A DNA stretch of 64,000 nt, taken from positions 9,527,878 through 9,591,877 of the forward strand of contig CM082581.2 in the NCBI GenBank assembly GCA_040954595.2. The letters are read 5' to 3'. The notes beneath the pieces are model-generated. The model was not told where the DNA came from, ran no database searches, and saw nothing but the letters and a program-made list of their open reading frames with translations. Position numbers and translations under genes: made by a program. This document shows positions 29,173 to 43,200 of this stretch, in pieces. Each line of letters starts with the position of its first letter. The first letter of the stretch is position 1. Source of the stretch: Balanoglossus misakiensis. Taxonomy: Eukaryota > Animalia > Hemichordata.

Positions 29173-32100
29173 GTAAGTAATTTCATTGTCCGCCCCAAAT
29201 ATACTGGGACGATATCGTCCGTTTTTTTCTTGGGGGGGGGGGGGGCGTGTTTCCGTTTTTTCTTGGGGGTGGGGAGATATGTTTTCTTATCGATGTTTTC
29301 AAAGTTAGGGAAGGCGCGAATAAATCTTTCGTTGAAAGAGGCGGCACCGCATATTGGTCGTCTGCAGGTCTGCTACACGAGGATTGAAATTCTTTAATAA
29401 AAGCGCAGTCTGTGCTGTACTTAGACAATCGTACAAAATATGATGGCGATATTCGGGCATACGCGCAATAAAGAAGGGAGGACAAGCTCTCTTATCAAAG
29501 AGTCGGTAATAATGGTGATCAGAATAACCATCGTCTCCCGATCAACAAACATTTTCCTACCCAGATAAAAAATATCCACTGTAATTACCCAATGTGGGTT
29601 TTGCCTGAACAGACAGATAATGCCTATATCTTTAACTTGCACCAGCAATCTGCCGCATCATTTGTATTTCTGTACACGGGGACAAAATTGCATAGAAGTT
29701 ATCTACCATCACGCCCTATGCACAGAACGAACTTCTCAGGTGAGTACGCGCGCTCTGTCGTTATGAGAGACTGCCTCGACCTGTTTTAAAGTGTATCTGA
29801 TGGGAAAGCACTCATGATCTAACTTGTACTGTTCTTGTTTGGTGTAAAAACGGAGGTATTATTTGCTACCTTCTTCGAGTACTAGTGAGTGACGCTTTCA
29901 GGCCACTGCATGCGGATTGATTGGTTTTTAGCCCAAAGAGCTGTTCGCTCTCGTTTCACCAGCATAACAAACGCAGCGCCATTTCAGATCACAAAACATC
30001 ACGCAACGCTGGAAAGGATTGGATGGTAATGGTGCATCTAATGATCTGCGCATGACCTGTTGGGTCAGTACAATGACGAAGAACCAACCCACAAGCGCTG
30101 CCTGACCCATGAGTATGAAAACTTGTGTTGTGATGTCGACAGTTGTTTTCCTATTCCGATGATATTTTAACGTGCATGACATATGAATTAAGTCATCTAA
30201 TTCGATATATCTTACTTGGGTATTTTCCATTTGTCTACGTACGAATATATTGCCTATATCAGACATTGCGCAAAGCTTTCTAAGAAATATCTGTATTTAA
30301 TGGATAAATGTAATCCGATGATTATACACTTGGCGTTAGTCAATACCAAGACCAATACAAAATTGGAAAATGCCTATTGTTTTTTTTTCCTGTTCTAATG
30401 TATGGATGAAACTGCATTACGAAATTAATATCTCTTTCTTATCACACTATGTTATCTGCTTATCTGAGAATTTGTTAAAAATCTGCACACCTATCGGGAA
30501 CCCAAGATGTCTGAGTGTTACGTAAGCAGTCATATCTTTACGCTACAATTGAGTTGGAGTTGCTTTGTAATGACATTTCGTCGGAACACCCCGAGTTCAC
30601 CACGTGGTGCGTTTTGAGTAACGTGGTTGCCTGTCACGTTTGTTTGCTGGGCGAATGTTGCAAAATAAAAGGTCGGATCAGCGTGGGGACTGACAAAGTC
30701 GTGTTTCAATAAAGTTGCCAAACAGTGTCTTCACTCGTTAGTTGTTACTCACTATTCCCCCGGGCACTTTACTTCAGAAATGCTAAGCAGGAAAGCGATA
30801 ATTACTCGGGGTAGATCAGACCGAACCAATTCAAAGAAAAGAAATTGCACACGCGTCGAAGATTGCTAGGGGAGCCCCTCCAAGTATTACATTTCCCGCG
30901 TAATTTAATGATGTGAAACCAATTGAGTAGCACGGCTTCTTTGCTGAGAAAAAAATCGTTCTCGAAAGTCACAAAGATGTCTGTCAAGTACTAACCATAG
31001 GAAGACGATATCTAAGAAGATGTCTACGCGGCTATTTAGACATTCATATACACAACTGTACAGCGACGCAATATTCGATAAATAATTAGCAGACATGAGC
31101 GCATAAGTGTTTCACGCTTGCCTTGGTGGGCAAATGAAAGTCAATTAAATTATTTTCAGGTACTGTGCACATATTAATAATTCAGGTTGTTGTTGATAAG
31201 GCAGTTTGCCGGAGCGTGTCTGAAAGCACCTCACATTTTCCACATCACAAGTTGTCGATTACACTGTGTCGCTGTTGCCGGTTATTCCACGTGTTCCAAA
31301 TCTTAATAGGGCCGTGTGTCTGCGCGGTGCAGTAATTTGGGATTTTCAAATCATTTCATAGAAGTAAACTCTTTCTCCAAATTCGGACAAATAGTGCGAG
31401 TACTTGGGAATTAAGGGGATACAACAGTTTCTGTGGAGCGGAGGTAGACTCTGGCTCGCGAGAATGTAGTGTTGGAAGGAGACACGGACGCTCCGCAACG
31501 AGCGAGTCTTTTACGTGACTCTTCGTTTATGCACCGTGGGCTACAAGACGCTCGTTCGCTGCCCGTAGTAAAACACCGAATAATTGCCCTGTCATCAGGT
31601 GGCATCATTTATTCGAGAGATTGGAATTTATGTTTCAATGTCCTAACAGAGCCGTTAATCTTTATTGCCTTATTTAAAGCGTCTTCTATCATCACTTATA
31701 CTTCTTTCTGATATAAACCACGGTGGCTCAAAGGCGACACAACGCATCTGCCGCGGCATATTGGGAGGCACGTTATACCTGCAGGCTAATCAAATCTTGC
31801 AATGGGTGTTGTAAATCACAGCTTGACCAATGTGCAATTCCGAATTGCTTTTATCATTTCCACACAAACTGGGTATTTTGTGTAAGCTCTGAAGTTGCAA
31901 AAAGGGGCAGATGCGCATCAGTAATTGTTATATTCCACTAGAAATCGGCCTCGGCATTTTGTTCGGAATTTTCATCAACGCGACGATGTAAGACTCCCAG
32001 ACATGTCACGTGAACACAGCAACGCACCTGCGCATTGGCGTTGTCCCAGCGATAAACAAAGAATACCCCTGGCAGTGGTACATGTATCTCAAGGGCGTCT

Positions 32101-32263
32101 TGTTTGCGACTGAACAGACCTGTGAAATCTAGTTTTCGTTTCATAGAAAAGGGTAAATTATTCACGTTTTAAACAAGCAACCAAGCGACGATTGTTGCTT
32201 GCTTGCCTCGTAAGCATGTATCATATATCAGACTCGGTTCCTAAAACATCAATTTCTGGATTT

Positions 32264-32387
32264 GCCACATTTCATCCTACTATTGATTTCATCAGCACTT
32301 CATTTTCGATCTTTTTTAGAAACACGCCACATTTCATCCTACTATTGATTTCATCAGCACTTCATTTTCGATCTTTTTCAGAAGCAC
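32264..32387. repeat. 62-bp tandem duplication, 2 copies
   Basis: gccacatttcatcctactattgatttcatcagcacttcattttcgatctt... starts at 32264 and 32326; 2 mismatches. Confidence 0.95.
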
Positions 32388-33348
32388 GTCTTGCTTGCAA
32401 CGTGACCGACTGTCTAAAATCTCTCTTTTTTTAAAATAAATATTGACTTGTTCACGTGGCAATGGTATTGTATATTTGATATATTTTATAAGTCAGATCA
32501 GTCATTCATGCGCGTTTTTACGTCAAACATTTTCTTAGTGTCTTGCTCGTTTGATTTGCTCTTTCTGTTTCGAATATTCAAACCTTTTAACAGACAACAT
32601 ACATGTATCTGGGGAAAATGGCCTTTAGGCTAATAATATCACACTGTGCGACCGGAATGACTCTGAAGACCAGGAAATAATCATTAAAATGTGTTTTCTT
32701 TTATAATACGTGATCGGGAATTTCATTAAACCCATTTTCGAAGGAAATATGGTGATTTTCAGGACGCTTTGACGCCGAACCCACAAACTCATTTTATGGA
32801 AACCGATAGCTTTGCAAGAATCGGGGGGAAACCATCCGAATCTAAAACGATTCCGTGCAGTGAAGAGACTTGCGGATGAAGGAAAGTTCTGAGTGTCAAG
32901 GCAGCCGTGCTTCAGCGCTGCAGCCAAGTCGTTCCCATGGAAACTGAACACATACGACGCGACAGCGCAGGAATTAGATTAAGAGGGAGTAGACGATAGG
33001 TCTGAAACTAAAAGCTGAGTTGAAAGTTTGATTTTCGATTATACCCAACAGCACATTTCAAAAACCTTCTCCTGACATCGAAGGCTTTTAGAGATTTAAG
33101 AGTGAAACATGATATCATTGAATTTTCACCATGTGCAGGTGGGATCCAAGACAGATTTCTTTGGTAGCTTAGATTTGGAAACGGTTAAGACATAAAGATT
33201 GAATAATTTAGTATTACCACTACCCTTTCTTATTATATTCGACTGGTGGCAAATGCCCTCCCCCACCTACACGTATTATATGTTTTTTTTTGTTCTTTTC
33301 GTCATCTGACGGACAAATACACCATTTATCGAACTCCACGAGACCTTT

Positions 33349-33376
33349 CGAGATCTCGCGAGATCTCGCAATGAGC
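33349..33376 (-). repeat. Short dispersed repeat with TCTCGCGAGA core, copy A (includes a perfect 20-bp palindrome, 33349-33368)
   Basis: 33354-33376 is the exact reverse complement of 47748-47770 (23/23). Confidence 0.8.
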
Positions 33377-33409
33377 GGAATATCCTCTACAGTATTACTG
33401 AATGATTAA

Positions 33410-33475
33410 TCAACATTCCTGGGCAAGAGAGAGAGTCGGGGCATCGAGAAGCGCCTTGCCCGAGGACACATCATC
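33410..33475 (-). mobile_element. Degenerate SINE conserved-core fragment
   Basis: Reverse strand reads tgtgtcctcgggcaaggcgctt...ctctctctcttgcccagg, close to the tgtgtccttgggcaaggcactt...cccagg core I recall from animal tRNA-derived SINEs. Confidence 0.5.
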
Positions 33476-36400
33476 GGGATCATTCGCCCAGGTCCCCAAA
33501 TCAACAATCGAGTTGAGTATACCCTCGCTATTATCTGCTATATAGGCCTACCCTGTGTAACGTTTAAAGAGCTTCGGCAAACGCACCTCCATTATACACA
33601 GAAAAAATTCTATGGATTTCACAAAGTGAATACTGGATAACAGGTTCAAGACGCTAAAACGCTCTATAAGGTTCGAGCAAGCGCACTCCCTGCAATAAAG
33701 CAGCCAGCGCACGAAATCACTCGACTACACATCTCCACATTGTACGTGTAAAAGATGTGTTATATAATGTTCGGAAGTGACTTCTTCACGTATGCACGAT
33801 TTCTGTCATTCAGATATCGCCAAAGGTTTCTTTCCCTTCATGTGAATCAATGCAGATGTTTCGCAGAGACCCATTCAGACCTTCCCAGTTTTAATCTGTG
33901 CTTGACTTTGACAATGGGAATTATATACAATGTATTATCTTCTCACCTTATTGACTTGATCGATGTCGTCTGATCTTTCTCTTTGGACATTTACCGCCTA
34001 TAGTGTCTGTTCATGAACACTGTGTTGGCACCTCTTCATGTACTGTGAAAATGGTAAAAGATAACGCATTGTGAGATTAGGGGAATCTTTAAACTGTGGG
34101 TATATCCACAAGACCTCAATATATATATACAGAGAAAGATGGGACGGCTTCGGTTCAATAAACAGTGCCTTTTGCCAGCTTCGTATGGGAGTACAATGCC
34201 TTTGCAACCAGATGCATGTAGGCTGTTGACTCGTACATACAACGTACTATACATGTACACGTCAGTGTCTCTGTTGTTTAGTCGCAAACCAGTGGTCCGA
34301 TCACGGTAAAAACTACATAAAAGTGTGTTTCTATGTTACATATAAAGAAAAGATCCGGGATTTTCCAGAATCAAAGATTAATAGGATAGAATGTATATTT
34401 GATGTGTTTACCTATTATGGATGAAAAATAACATGAACTTTATTATTTGACTGTATCATCTCCGCTGAAATAAGGCACGTCCCTATACATGTACATCCCC
34501 AGGCTCACGTATCGATTTCGTTTGAACAAAAAACTAACGGATGGTTCATCTTTTCAACGTAGAATTGACAAATGGGGATAAAAACCATCAGCGTTCTCAA
34601 TGTTCAAAACCTTTGAGGCAATAATGAACATATTAGTCCACGTTGTATAGATTTTTCTGCGGCAATAGGTAAAGGATGGTCTAAATGTTCAACTAAGCAG
34701 GAAAATGACAAATGGATAGGTATTTATCATTATGCTGCATTAAATATTCAAAGAAACACATATGGCTTTGCTGCATGCGTGCTTCTTCGCGTATGTTAAG
34801 TAAGATACTGCAAATGCTAAATGTGAAAATTCTCTATGCTGGTTTACATTTTAGTGTAAAGTTGACAACTTCCGTACGCTTCGTTGCCAGCCTTACCAAT
34901 TGAAAGTTCACAACTTACAACAGCGTATTCTAAAGAAGATACCCGTCATACGACTGTTATATACGACCGCCAAACCCGAAAGCACAAGCATGTCACGACA
35001 AAAGTTATGAGATACGCAGAGGCGTGTTCGACCTATTTTCAAATCTTCAAACTGCTGTTTGGTCACATCGCCTGTTTCAGCATTTCAAAGACTATCCCTT
35101 TTCAGTTTTGAGAAACTTAAGGGCGAAACATGAAACATTATTACAGCGAAACGTATTGACACATCGAAATTGAATTCCAAAGCGACTCCGTGGCTGCAAG
35201 CACAGTGCATGAAGCGGCGGCAGTCTATATAGCGTTATTGCTGACGAACTGTGATTTCATACACCTTTTTTTAAATCCCATTATCGTGTTGTACATATTT
35301 CAGGTCTACCTCATCTGACCTGCGTGTCAATTTACCCCTCATTCTAACCAATTTCCTTTTGGGAAATTACCGAAAACGTCGCGCAGTTTGCGAATGCGTT
35401 CGACATATGTTCATCAAACCCCAATTAGATATTCCAGTATTCAGTATAGATCACTATTAAATTTCCTCCAGGAAATGATGTTTCCCTCATTTTCGCATTA
35501 GGAAAAATTAGGCTGCAGTTTCCTCATTTGAATTACCCATTTCACACATCACGCGACTGTGTTGTTCACGTATAACCATATTTGGCCGACCTCGAGCTAT
35601 GTGAGAAAAGAAATTGTGAAGAAACAAATGCTACCATACGTAGCAGAAATGAGAGTCATTCCTAAATTGATTGTTCAATTGTCCCTGGGCTTTACATTTC
35701 GATTGGAATGGATTGATTGATTGATTGGATTTTGCAGGGAATGAATGCGACCGTGAATGTTTGCCTATTTGTTGGCAAAGGCCGAATACAATACACACAG
35801 TCACGCTCAAAGATGTGATTGTCACATATGAAATTCACAAATACAGTTTCCACGTGGATTAGAGTCGATACAAATATTTGATGCATGTTATATTCAGATT
35901 AGTTAAGCAATCCTTGTGTATAATGACCGTATCGATTTTACCTTACTGTGGGCTTTTAGAGATTTCATCGATGTTGAATTGACGGGGTCATAACCTCCCC
36001 TATATTTCAAGATTTTTTTTATAGAAATCGCAATGTCACAGTGCATGGCCTTTGTATAGACAGACGCTAGAAAACCTTACGCTAATTCAATAACTGCATG
36101 GTCAAATGTTGTGCTTGAATCTAAACCTTGCATCGGAGATGTATAGATACACAAAATAGAGGCCATGTTATTTATATGTGATTCTCGATCTCCCACGCGT
36201 ACGTCACGTTAAACTTTACATTCATCCGAGTGCATCGACGGCAAATGTAATCATCATCTTTTCTAGGAATTCTGTCAAAAAGGTCAAACGGAGTCTGATG
36301 TGATTAAAAGGGATATTCAAACCAGAAATAATACAACGTCCCCTCGTAGATTACTGACAAAAGAGAGATACGTTGCAAGCGCAGGAAATCAAATGATCAA

Positions 36401-39400
36401 AATTATCCGGTGTGGCGAACAGGTGAGCTCATTTGTGATCACGCCGAGCGACGGACAGAGCTTAACAATTTCAGAGTAGTCCAAAGGCCATTTCTCAGCA
36501 CAAATCATGTTGGTTTTAAACAAGCGAAAATATTTCCAGGAAAGTAAGGAGGAAGATTGATGGAATATTGAATGGGGAGCCATTACTATACTTGTGGTTC
36601 AACAAAACAACTTATACTGTGTGCAAAGTGATATAATGTAAAATAGGATTCAATCAGATGGTACATGGATTGTCCATCTACCTCTTTTAGGGTTCAATGA
36701 AAATTTTGATTCAAAACAACGTTAAGAGGGAACTCTGTCTCGTTTGACTAATTAGAATTAGCATTTCGCTGGCCGCCACAGATCAATTTCCCCCGTCGGC
36801 CACGCCACGCTGACTGATATTTTCAGGTGCTTCTTCTGTTCACGGCGTATCGAGTATCGGCGAGTGGGAACGTCCGCGGAAAAACATCGTTCGCCAAATC
36901 TCATGGGCACAAAATTAACTGAAAGCTGAACTTTCCTTCCGCGCGCGTGAGTGGGCATTTTTTCCGCTGTCGTCAGCGCAGAGTGTAGCCAAAACGCGTG
37001 CCAGATAAGCCGCCAGCTGCACGACTTGCCGTACATCTTTATCAGATCTCCTTGATTGGTTTCTTACGTAAGAGAAGTCTTGTGTGGATCTATCGTTCAT
37101 CAGAGGCATAATGCACGGGGTCAAAGACTTGTAACAAGGAACGGTTTCTGCTCATGATAGACTACTTTGGTGGATTTCTGAGATTTGAGCTTAAATATGT
37201 TTTTTTCATGGATGGTTACGTAATACCCCTATCCACCCACGCAGTCGCTTTAAGTCTAGTTTCTTGTCTTTGCGTAGATTCGTTTTGTATAATTTGACAC
37301 CACCCTGTTAATGGTGTTAATATACCTAAATCTAAAATATCATTTCATCTTTACATAAAAGATTCAATACGAGAAATGCCTCTTTGCAATTCTTTCAGCA
37401 TTTAAATTGCATAAAGGACTAATGATCCCTCTTCAATCTATGATGAATTGTGAAGTATATGTTCTTCCCATACGTGTATTCTTTTGCGCGTACCGACAAT
37501 TCATTATGTGCGCTTGTAAGTTTCAAATCATTAAACCGACCCTCATTTTCTCAAAACTCGATAGCTGTAATGTGAAAGTGCCAGGATGATGGTCTTTCGG
37601 CGCTCTGGGAACAAAGCGAGATATCTTCTGAGAATTCAACTGAGGATCATTAATAGACACAACGAGATGTCACACAGTTGTCACGCGCTTGAAACTAAGG
37701 CAAAAAAAGCACGGACGCTGCCGGTGCACTGCGCAATACTTCCATGACTATAATATTCCACGTCATTTACTTAAACATGATAGACCCGAAAGAACGTCTA
37801 GTCAGTATCTCACGGAGGAGCCCAGACTTATATTCGTCTGAGAATCTAATCTGACAGGACTTGAATTCTCCGCTGTCTCTTCTTGTACTAGAAACGCTCA
37901 CGAGACTTAGGAGAAGAGGTTTAGTATTAGACGAGAGACTTCTAATTTACAATGCATGGAGGGTACCGGTAGATGATTGGAGTGCAATTTTGCACATAGT
38001 GCGACATTAGTATCACATTACTGTGGTACTTAACAAAGCCACAAATAATGGTCCCATGCTGCTGATAAATCATGTCCATCATTTATCTGGAGAATTCTTC
38101 CGTTGCGAGCAGACTTTTAAAAGTCAAGACTTGCATAGGTTCAAGGGTAACCGTGACGCAGATTCTACGGATTGTATACTGTATTCTATAGTTGCTTCTC
38201 GCTGATGAGTGTCTTTGATCCTTGCCTTTAATGCGACTCGGAACGCTCTTCATTATCTTTTAGGATGTCAGAATAGTCATCATTAAAGATGACGTAATTG
38301 ATGCGCGGGAGGGGTGCGCAGGGAGGGGTCTGTGTCTCGGCTCGAAGTGATAACGTACGTTTACTGATGAAGTCTCCCAGTCGGCCACAACAAAATACAG
38401 CATTCCTGACAAGAACTGATTTGTCAAATAATAATCTACGTTTAGGTAATAAAGCAAACAAGAAACCGCGTGACGTTCACTCCCCCAGTTGATTTCTTAC
38501 CAGTCTTAGGTAAACATTTAAAATTTAATGAGAGATGATACAAGCTACACGTTGGATTGCGTCTTTTCGCGAATGCATGATTAGGCCAAATGAAACATTT
38601 TAATTGACTGTTTCGCTGCAGGGCGTGACCCTTGACAACTGATGGGAAACCCAGAAATGTCGCTTTTTCAAAGGTGACCATCTTCACAAGCACATACTTG
38701 CAAATCTGTCAAATAATCTGTCACTATAATTTCCCCCACAAGTCTTATTTATAAGGTTATTTTTTTTATTAAGCGAAACCACAATCCAAACCAATCGCAC
38801 TGTAGTCATGTCATAGAGTTAAAATAACTCGATGACTCATGCGGCGAATGTTTGCAGCTCGACCTGATGAGATAAATCGAGAATTCATCTATCATATTTG
38901 ATATTGTTTGCTAGGTAACTGTAGTGCTATGTACGATGTATCCCGAGCGGTTGTTCCTTTCGAGTTTCCATTTTATGAACTGATCAACGACGACACCCAT
39001 TAACGCACAAGACGCGGTGATTGCTCATTTTTACGACCAGGTATCATCATCAGGCTTGGGGTGTACGTGCAATGAATTGCGTTGAAATAGCAATCAACAA
39101 TCAACGGCCGGAAATCAGACGAGTACAGGTTCGCGTATGGAGATCTGGGAACAATGTCCCATTCCTGACAGGAAACCGGAACCGGAACCGACACTTGAGA
39201 ACAGATTGTTGCAGGTCTGCGCAAAATCACGTCACGTGACTTCCATGTGTCTTTCCTCCAAGAAGCCGAGTCGGGCTTGGTTAATAAATGAGTAAACAGT
39301 TAAAAGGGGAGAAAACGGAGTGCCATGAATTGTGGGAAATGAGCGGAGACTCTTCAAAAGCTTGTGATGGAGACGATCATAAAACTTGCATGACTGGTAT

Positions 39401-39949
39401 CTACGACAAATCATTAAAACAAACTTAGCTGGACAGTACAACAATTACTGAAACCCAAACTCGTAATAAAGTTACATCTGCCTTCAGGACACGGTAGTCG
39501 GAACAATAACATGTATAGGGACGGAATCCTTTATCATATATACACGGTCGTTTGCATTTGAAGAGAATGTGGCCGTAACTGGAATTTTGTCGTGTACAAC
39601 GACGCCATGTTGCGCACGATTCACGAGTCAGCGGCCGTATAGCCGCGGCATAAACCTGCGAGAAGTGCATTACAAAGGCCATTAATAACTCGTCGAAGCA
39701 ATTAACCCCGCTGTTACACGGAGCCGATAACCATCGTGCAGCCGAGGCGATCGATAATGAGCCCTACACCTTATGTTTACTGAAAGACTTCAGCAGATGC
39801 ATCATGCCTTTGTTGTAAGTACGTGTAAATTACGCCTAATGACAGGGACACGCCGAGCAGTGTATTTTGCTGCTCAGAACCCGAAGAATGCGTAACCTTT
39901 CAATTTTAAAAACATTCATAATCAATTTAGCCATGAGTTACATGCACAC

Positions 39950-40260
39950 GAGTCATATTCTACATGAGACAATAAATTCAAAACAATTTGACGTAGACAG
40001 TATATGCCTCGATTGTGTTCATATAAGCACAGCAGTGGATCAGCGAATCTGCCTATGGTTCGGCACAGCCGAGATTTGGAGGGCCCCTACACGCGTTTCT
40101 GGCCTGACAGCAAGACTGTCTATCGCGTGTCTTTATTCGCAGATCGTAAGCTCCTTACAACAGAAACACGTCCATCTGTTGCTGAATGACGTGCGAAGGT
40201 CGCTAACAGTTCATCGCAAGAGACGTGTTAACAAATTAGACAAATCAAGTCTACCTTAGG
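39950..40260 (+). mobile_element. Possible decayed CR1/L2-like reverse-transcriptase fragment
   Basis: INSKQFDVDSICLD..AVD (cf. QVD.I.LDF.KAFD.V), VSLFAD (cf. LFADD) and LLNDV (cf. LQ.DL) across two frames. The spacing needs an internal deletion. Confidence 0.3.
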
Positions 40261-43200
40261 TCATATTTCCCCGAGGCTAATCATGCACCAGCCGCTGTTT
40301 CAGACTAATAGAAATGTGAAGACATTAAAAGAATGATTCACGAATGAGGTGTTCTAGAGAACGTGATGTTTTTTTCCCTAATTTGCTACGTTAGAGGTCA
40401 TTCCTTATTTTTCGACGGAGCAGAAGGCGTTTTACCAAGAAATGCAAGTCACAAGAGGGTCACGTGAACCATTAGGGAAGTCTGCCCGTCTGCAACACAT
40501 GCTACACATACTGAACATGAATTTACAACTATTCATCGGAGGTTGTTTTTTATTCTGTTTACACGGAAGCCGGATGCAAATCAAAATCAATACTGTGGGC
40601 TCGTTGCATGCGTTTGGTGACACTGTTCCCATAAATTACCGACAGGAATGAGCGAACCTTGCCAGTTGTTCAACCGAGATAAAAAAAAACTAATTTGACT
40701 TCCAGAAAATCAGATCTTCCGAAAAGATTAAAACAGAAAGGAATTGATCAATAACAAAAATCTACCATTAAAAATCCTGTTCAACGACAGTGGAAGCGAC
40801 AGTAAAACATCCAAACCTTAAGCGTGCAATTTTGGCGGGGTGATGCCAATCACATTTTTTTTATTTCCGCCTGGTGGTATCCAATTTCTTGCGATAGGTG
40901 TCTTTTTCTTTATGGCGCTGATAAGAATGTGTCATGCCAACTGGGCTTTGCAAACGACCGCTCCGTAAAGTCGAGGTAGAGTAACGCGTTTCTCTATTTC
41001 CAGCGTTTGCCTTGTGATCTTAATCTCATTCGTGATCTTGAAAGACGCGGGATTAATGTTCTATTAGGAGAATACCCACCCCCGTCAATTCAACGGATCT
41101 AACCTTGATACAGATGTCTATCAAAGTCATAACTGCTCACACATGTCTTGTAAAAGTTGGTTCCGTTGCTCAATGCCGATGTTCATTAAGAGAATTTCGA
41201 CTCTTTAACACAAATGGCACATCGAGGGCAACGGATGCACGACGTTTTTTTTCTCGCATTAGAAAAGTTTATCTTACAAGGTCGGTTGACAGTCCCTCTG
41301 TTCCCATGGCTACACACGAAGTAATTTATAATTACGTCATAAGATGTTCTGTTTTAACGCCACTCGTCGACATTTAGGATACAAAGATAACACGAAATAT
41401 AAGTAAAATGGCACCTCTTCAAACTCTTACTACAATCATGAGTTGTTGACTTTCTTACCCACAATGCAATTATAACGTGATCTGACCCCCTAGCATGACG
41501 TAAAAACTAGAGCCAAAATTCCTCATTCAACTTTTACCAGTCCGGATGTATAAGTCACCTTATTCTTCCAAACGCATTTTGAGAACATGTGTGGCTTAAA
41601 CCCTGCCCTTTCTAGCTGCCAGTGGGTAAATCTGTCTGAATGATCTCTTTTGAAATCTTGTGAATTGATCTTTTCCTCAGTTTGTAATATTTCTCACTGT
41701 TATTTTTAAGTCAAAGCTGTCTCCAGTGACCAACACGAACTTTATTTTGTCGTTTAAACCCCGACAAGTATGTCTTAGTTTTATTCATCAGAGTAGTCCG
41801 GCGCCTTGATTTTTTCCAAGGCTGTTGCCAGACAAGCCTTACTGGAAATGCTGAACTTCGAGCGATGAATATTGACAAGGCGGATGGCCCAAAGCGTTGT
41901 TATTCTCTCGTCGACGGCCGCTGTTTGTTGAGTAGATCTAATCCAAAGCAGGTGGCTTAAGTGACGTATTAGGCTGCACTTTGGTATTTGACAAATGCGA
42001 TATTACAGACCCGTGTTGAAGCCTGCCTCGGCGCAAATTATGTGTAAATCGTGTGTTTCGAGACTACGTGACAGGCTTTTCACGCGCGCTCTTCCTAGAA
42101 GCAGACGAACAGGTGTTTGGCTGGAAACATTAATTTTTTTTCATTGTGATTCTTTTACCTACAGCCCCCGACGTCAAAACGTGGTGATTTCTTATAAAGT
42201 ACATACATGAAAAGGAATATACTTAAATGATAGTCAAGAATAAATAGACCGCATAACAAAAGCACAGTTATAACCAGTCGGGTGGAATTGAAGCCAGCGT
42301 GTGCTTTCTGTGTGAATTAAAACGAACTTGCGGGTAATTAAATCGACCGGAAAAGCCTCTTTTTGTCGAACGTGAAAAGCGTTTTCATTCCGTCGCAAAG
42401 AAGTCATATTAGCACAGTAAATCTTGTCGGAGTATACGTAGGGGGAGACCACAGTCGGTACACATAGCGTGCAAGTCCCACAATCAAACGACTGTCACAA
42501 TTTCAACCAGACAACTCATTTCGCCCTGTCTAATGACGGACCGACTTCGAGTTGGATTGCAATTTGCAAAGGGGGGTTACACGTGATGTAGACATGTTTC
42601 ACTACATGACAGGTGGTCCTTGACGAACAGAAATGAGATTTTCAGGGAAATCGATTACTTCTTATATGTCATATCTTAACCTTCAAGTATGCCGTGAATG
42701 AAAATCAAGCGAAATAACTTCATGTAACAATCCGGATTGAGTTCGTCTGCAACGACGATGGAAAATCGTCCTGTAAAGACGTTTTTCCCAAAACTCTCCC
42801 TCCCCTCGAATCGCGCCTAGGGGGAGCTTTGTTAAGAAGTCAAAGTAATATCATTAAAATCAGATGTAGAGATATACTCGGTCGTTTACCTTGTACAATT
42901 TGACGCATTTCATTTCCGCCCATTCCCCCACTCCAGGATTATTGATTGGTCGAAAAAATAATGAAAGATCGAGGCGAGGAGGAAACGAACGGGACGCACT
43001 CTGCATTTGACTTTTAATGAGATTGTAAGTTGGTGTAACAATAACTTAATAGACCCGCTTGACATTGGAGAACTCTTGCATGCATTAGAGAAAGGTGTGT
43101 CTATTGAAAAATGTATATAATTATGAATCACCTTGTATAGTCAGAACCACGTTGTGATCCTCACGGCAAAACACGACGAATCCAAACCAGTGGCAGTGCA

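Noticed and set aside
28818-29198. 126-aa minus-strand ORF, and similarly 48558-49007, 48842-49204 and other frames over exon 2
   Set aside because: Antisense or alternate-frame shadows of GC3-rich GPCR exons, with no protein-like features.
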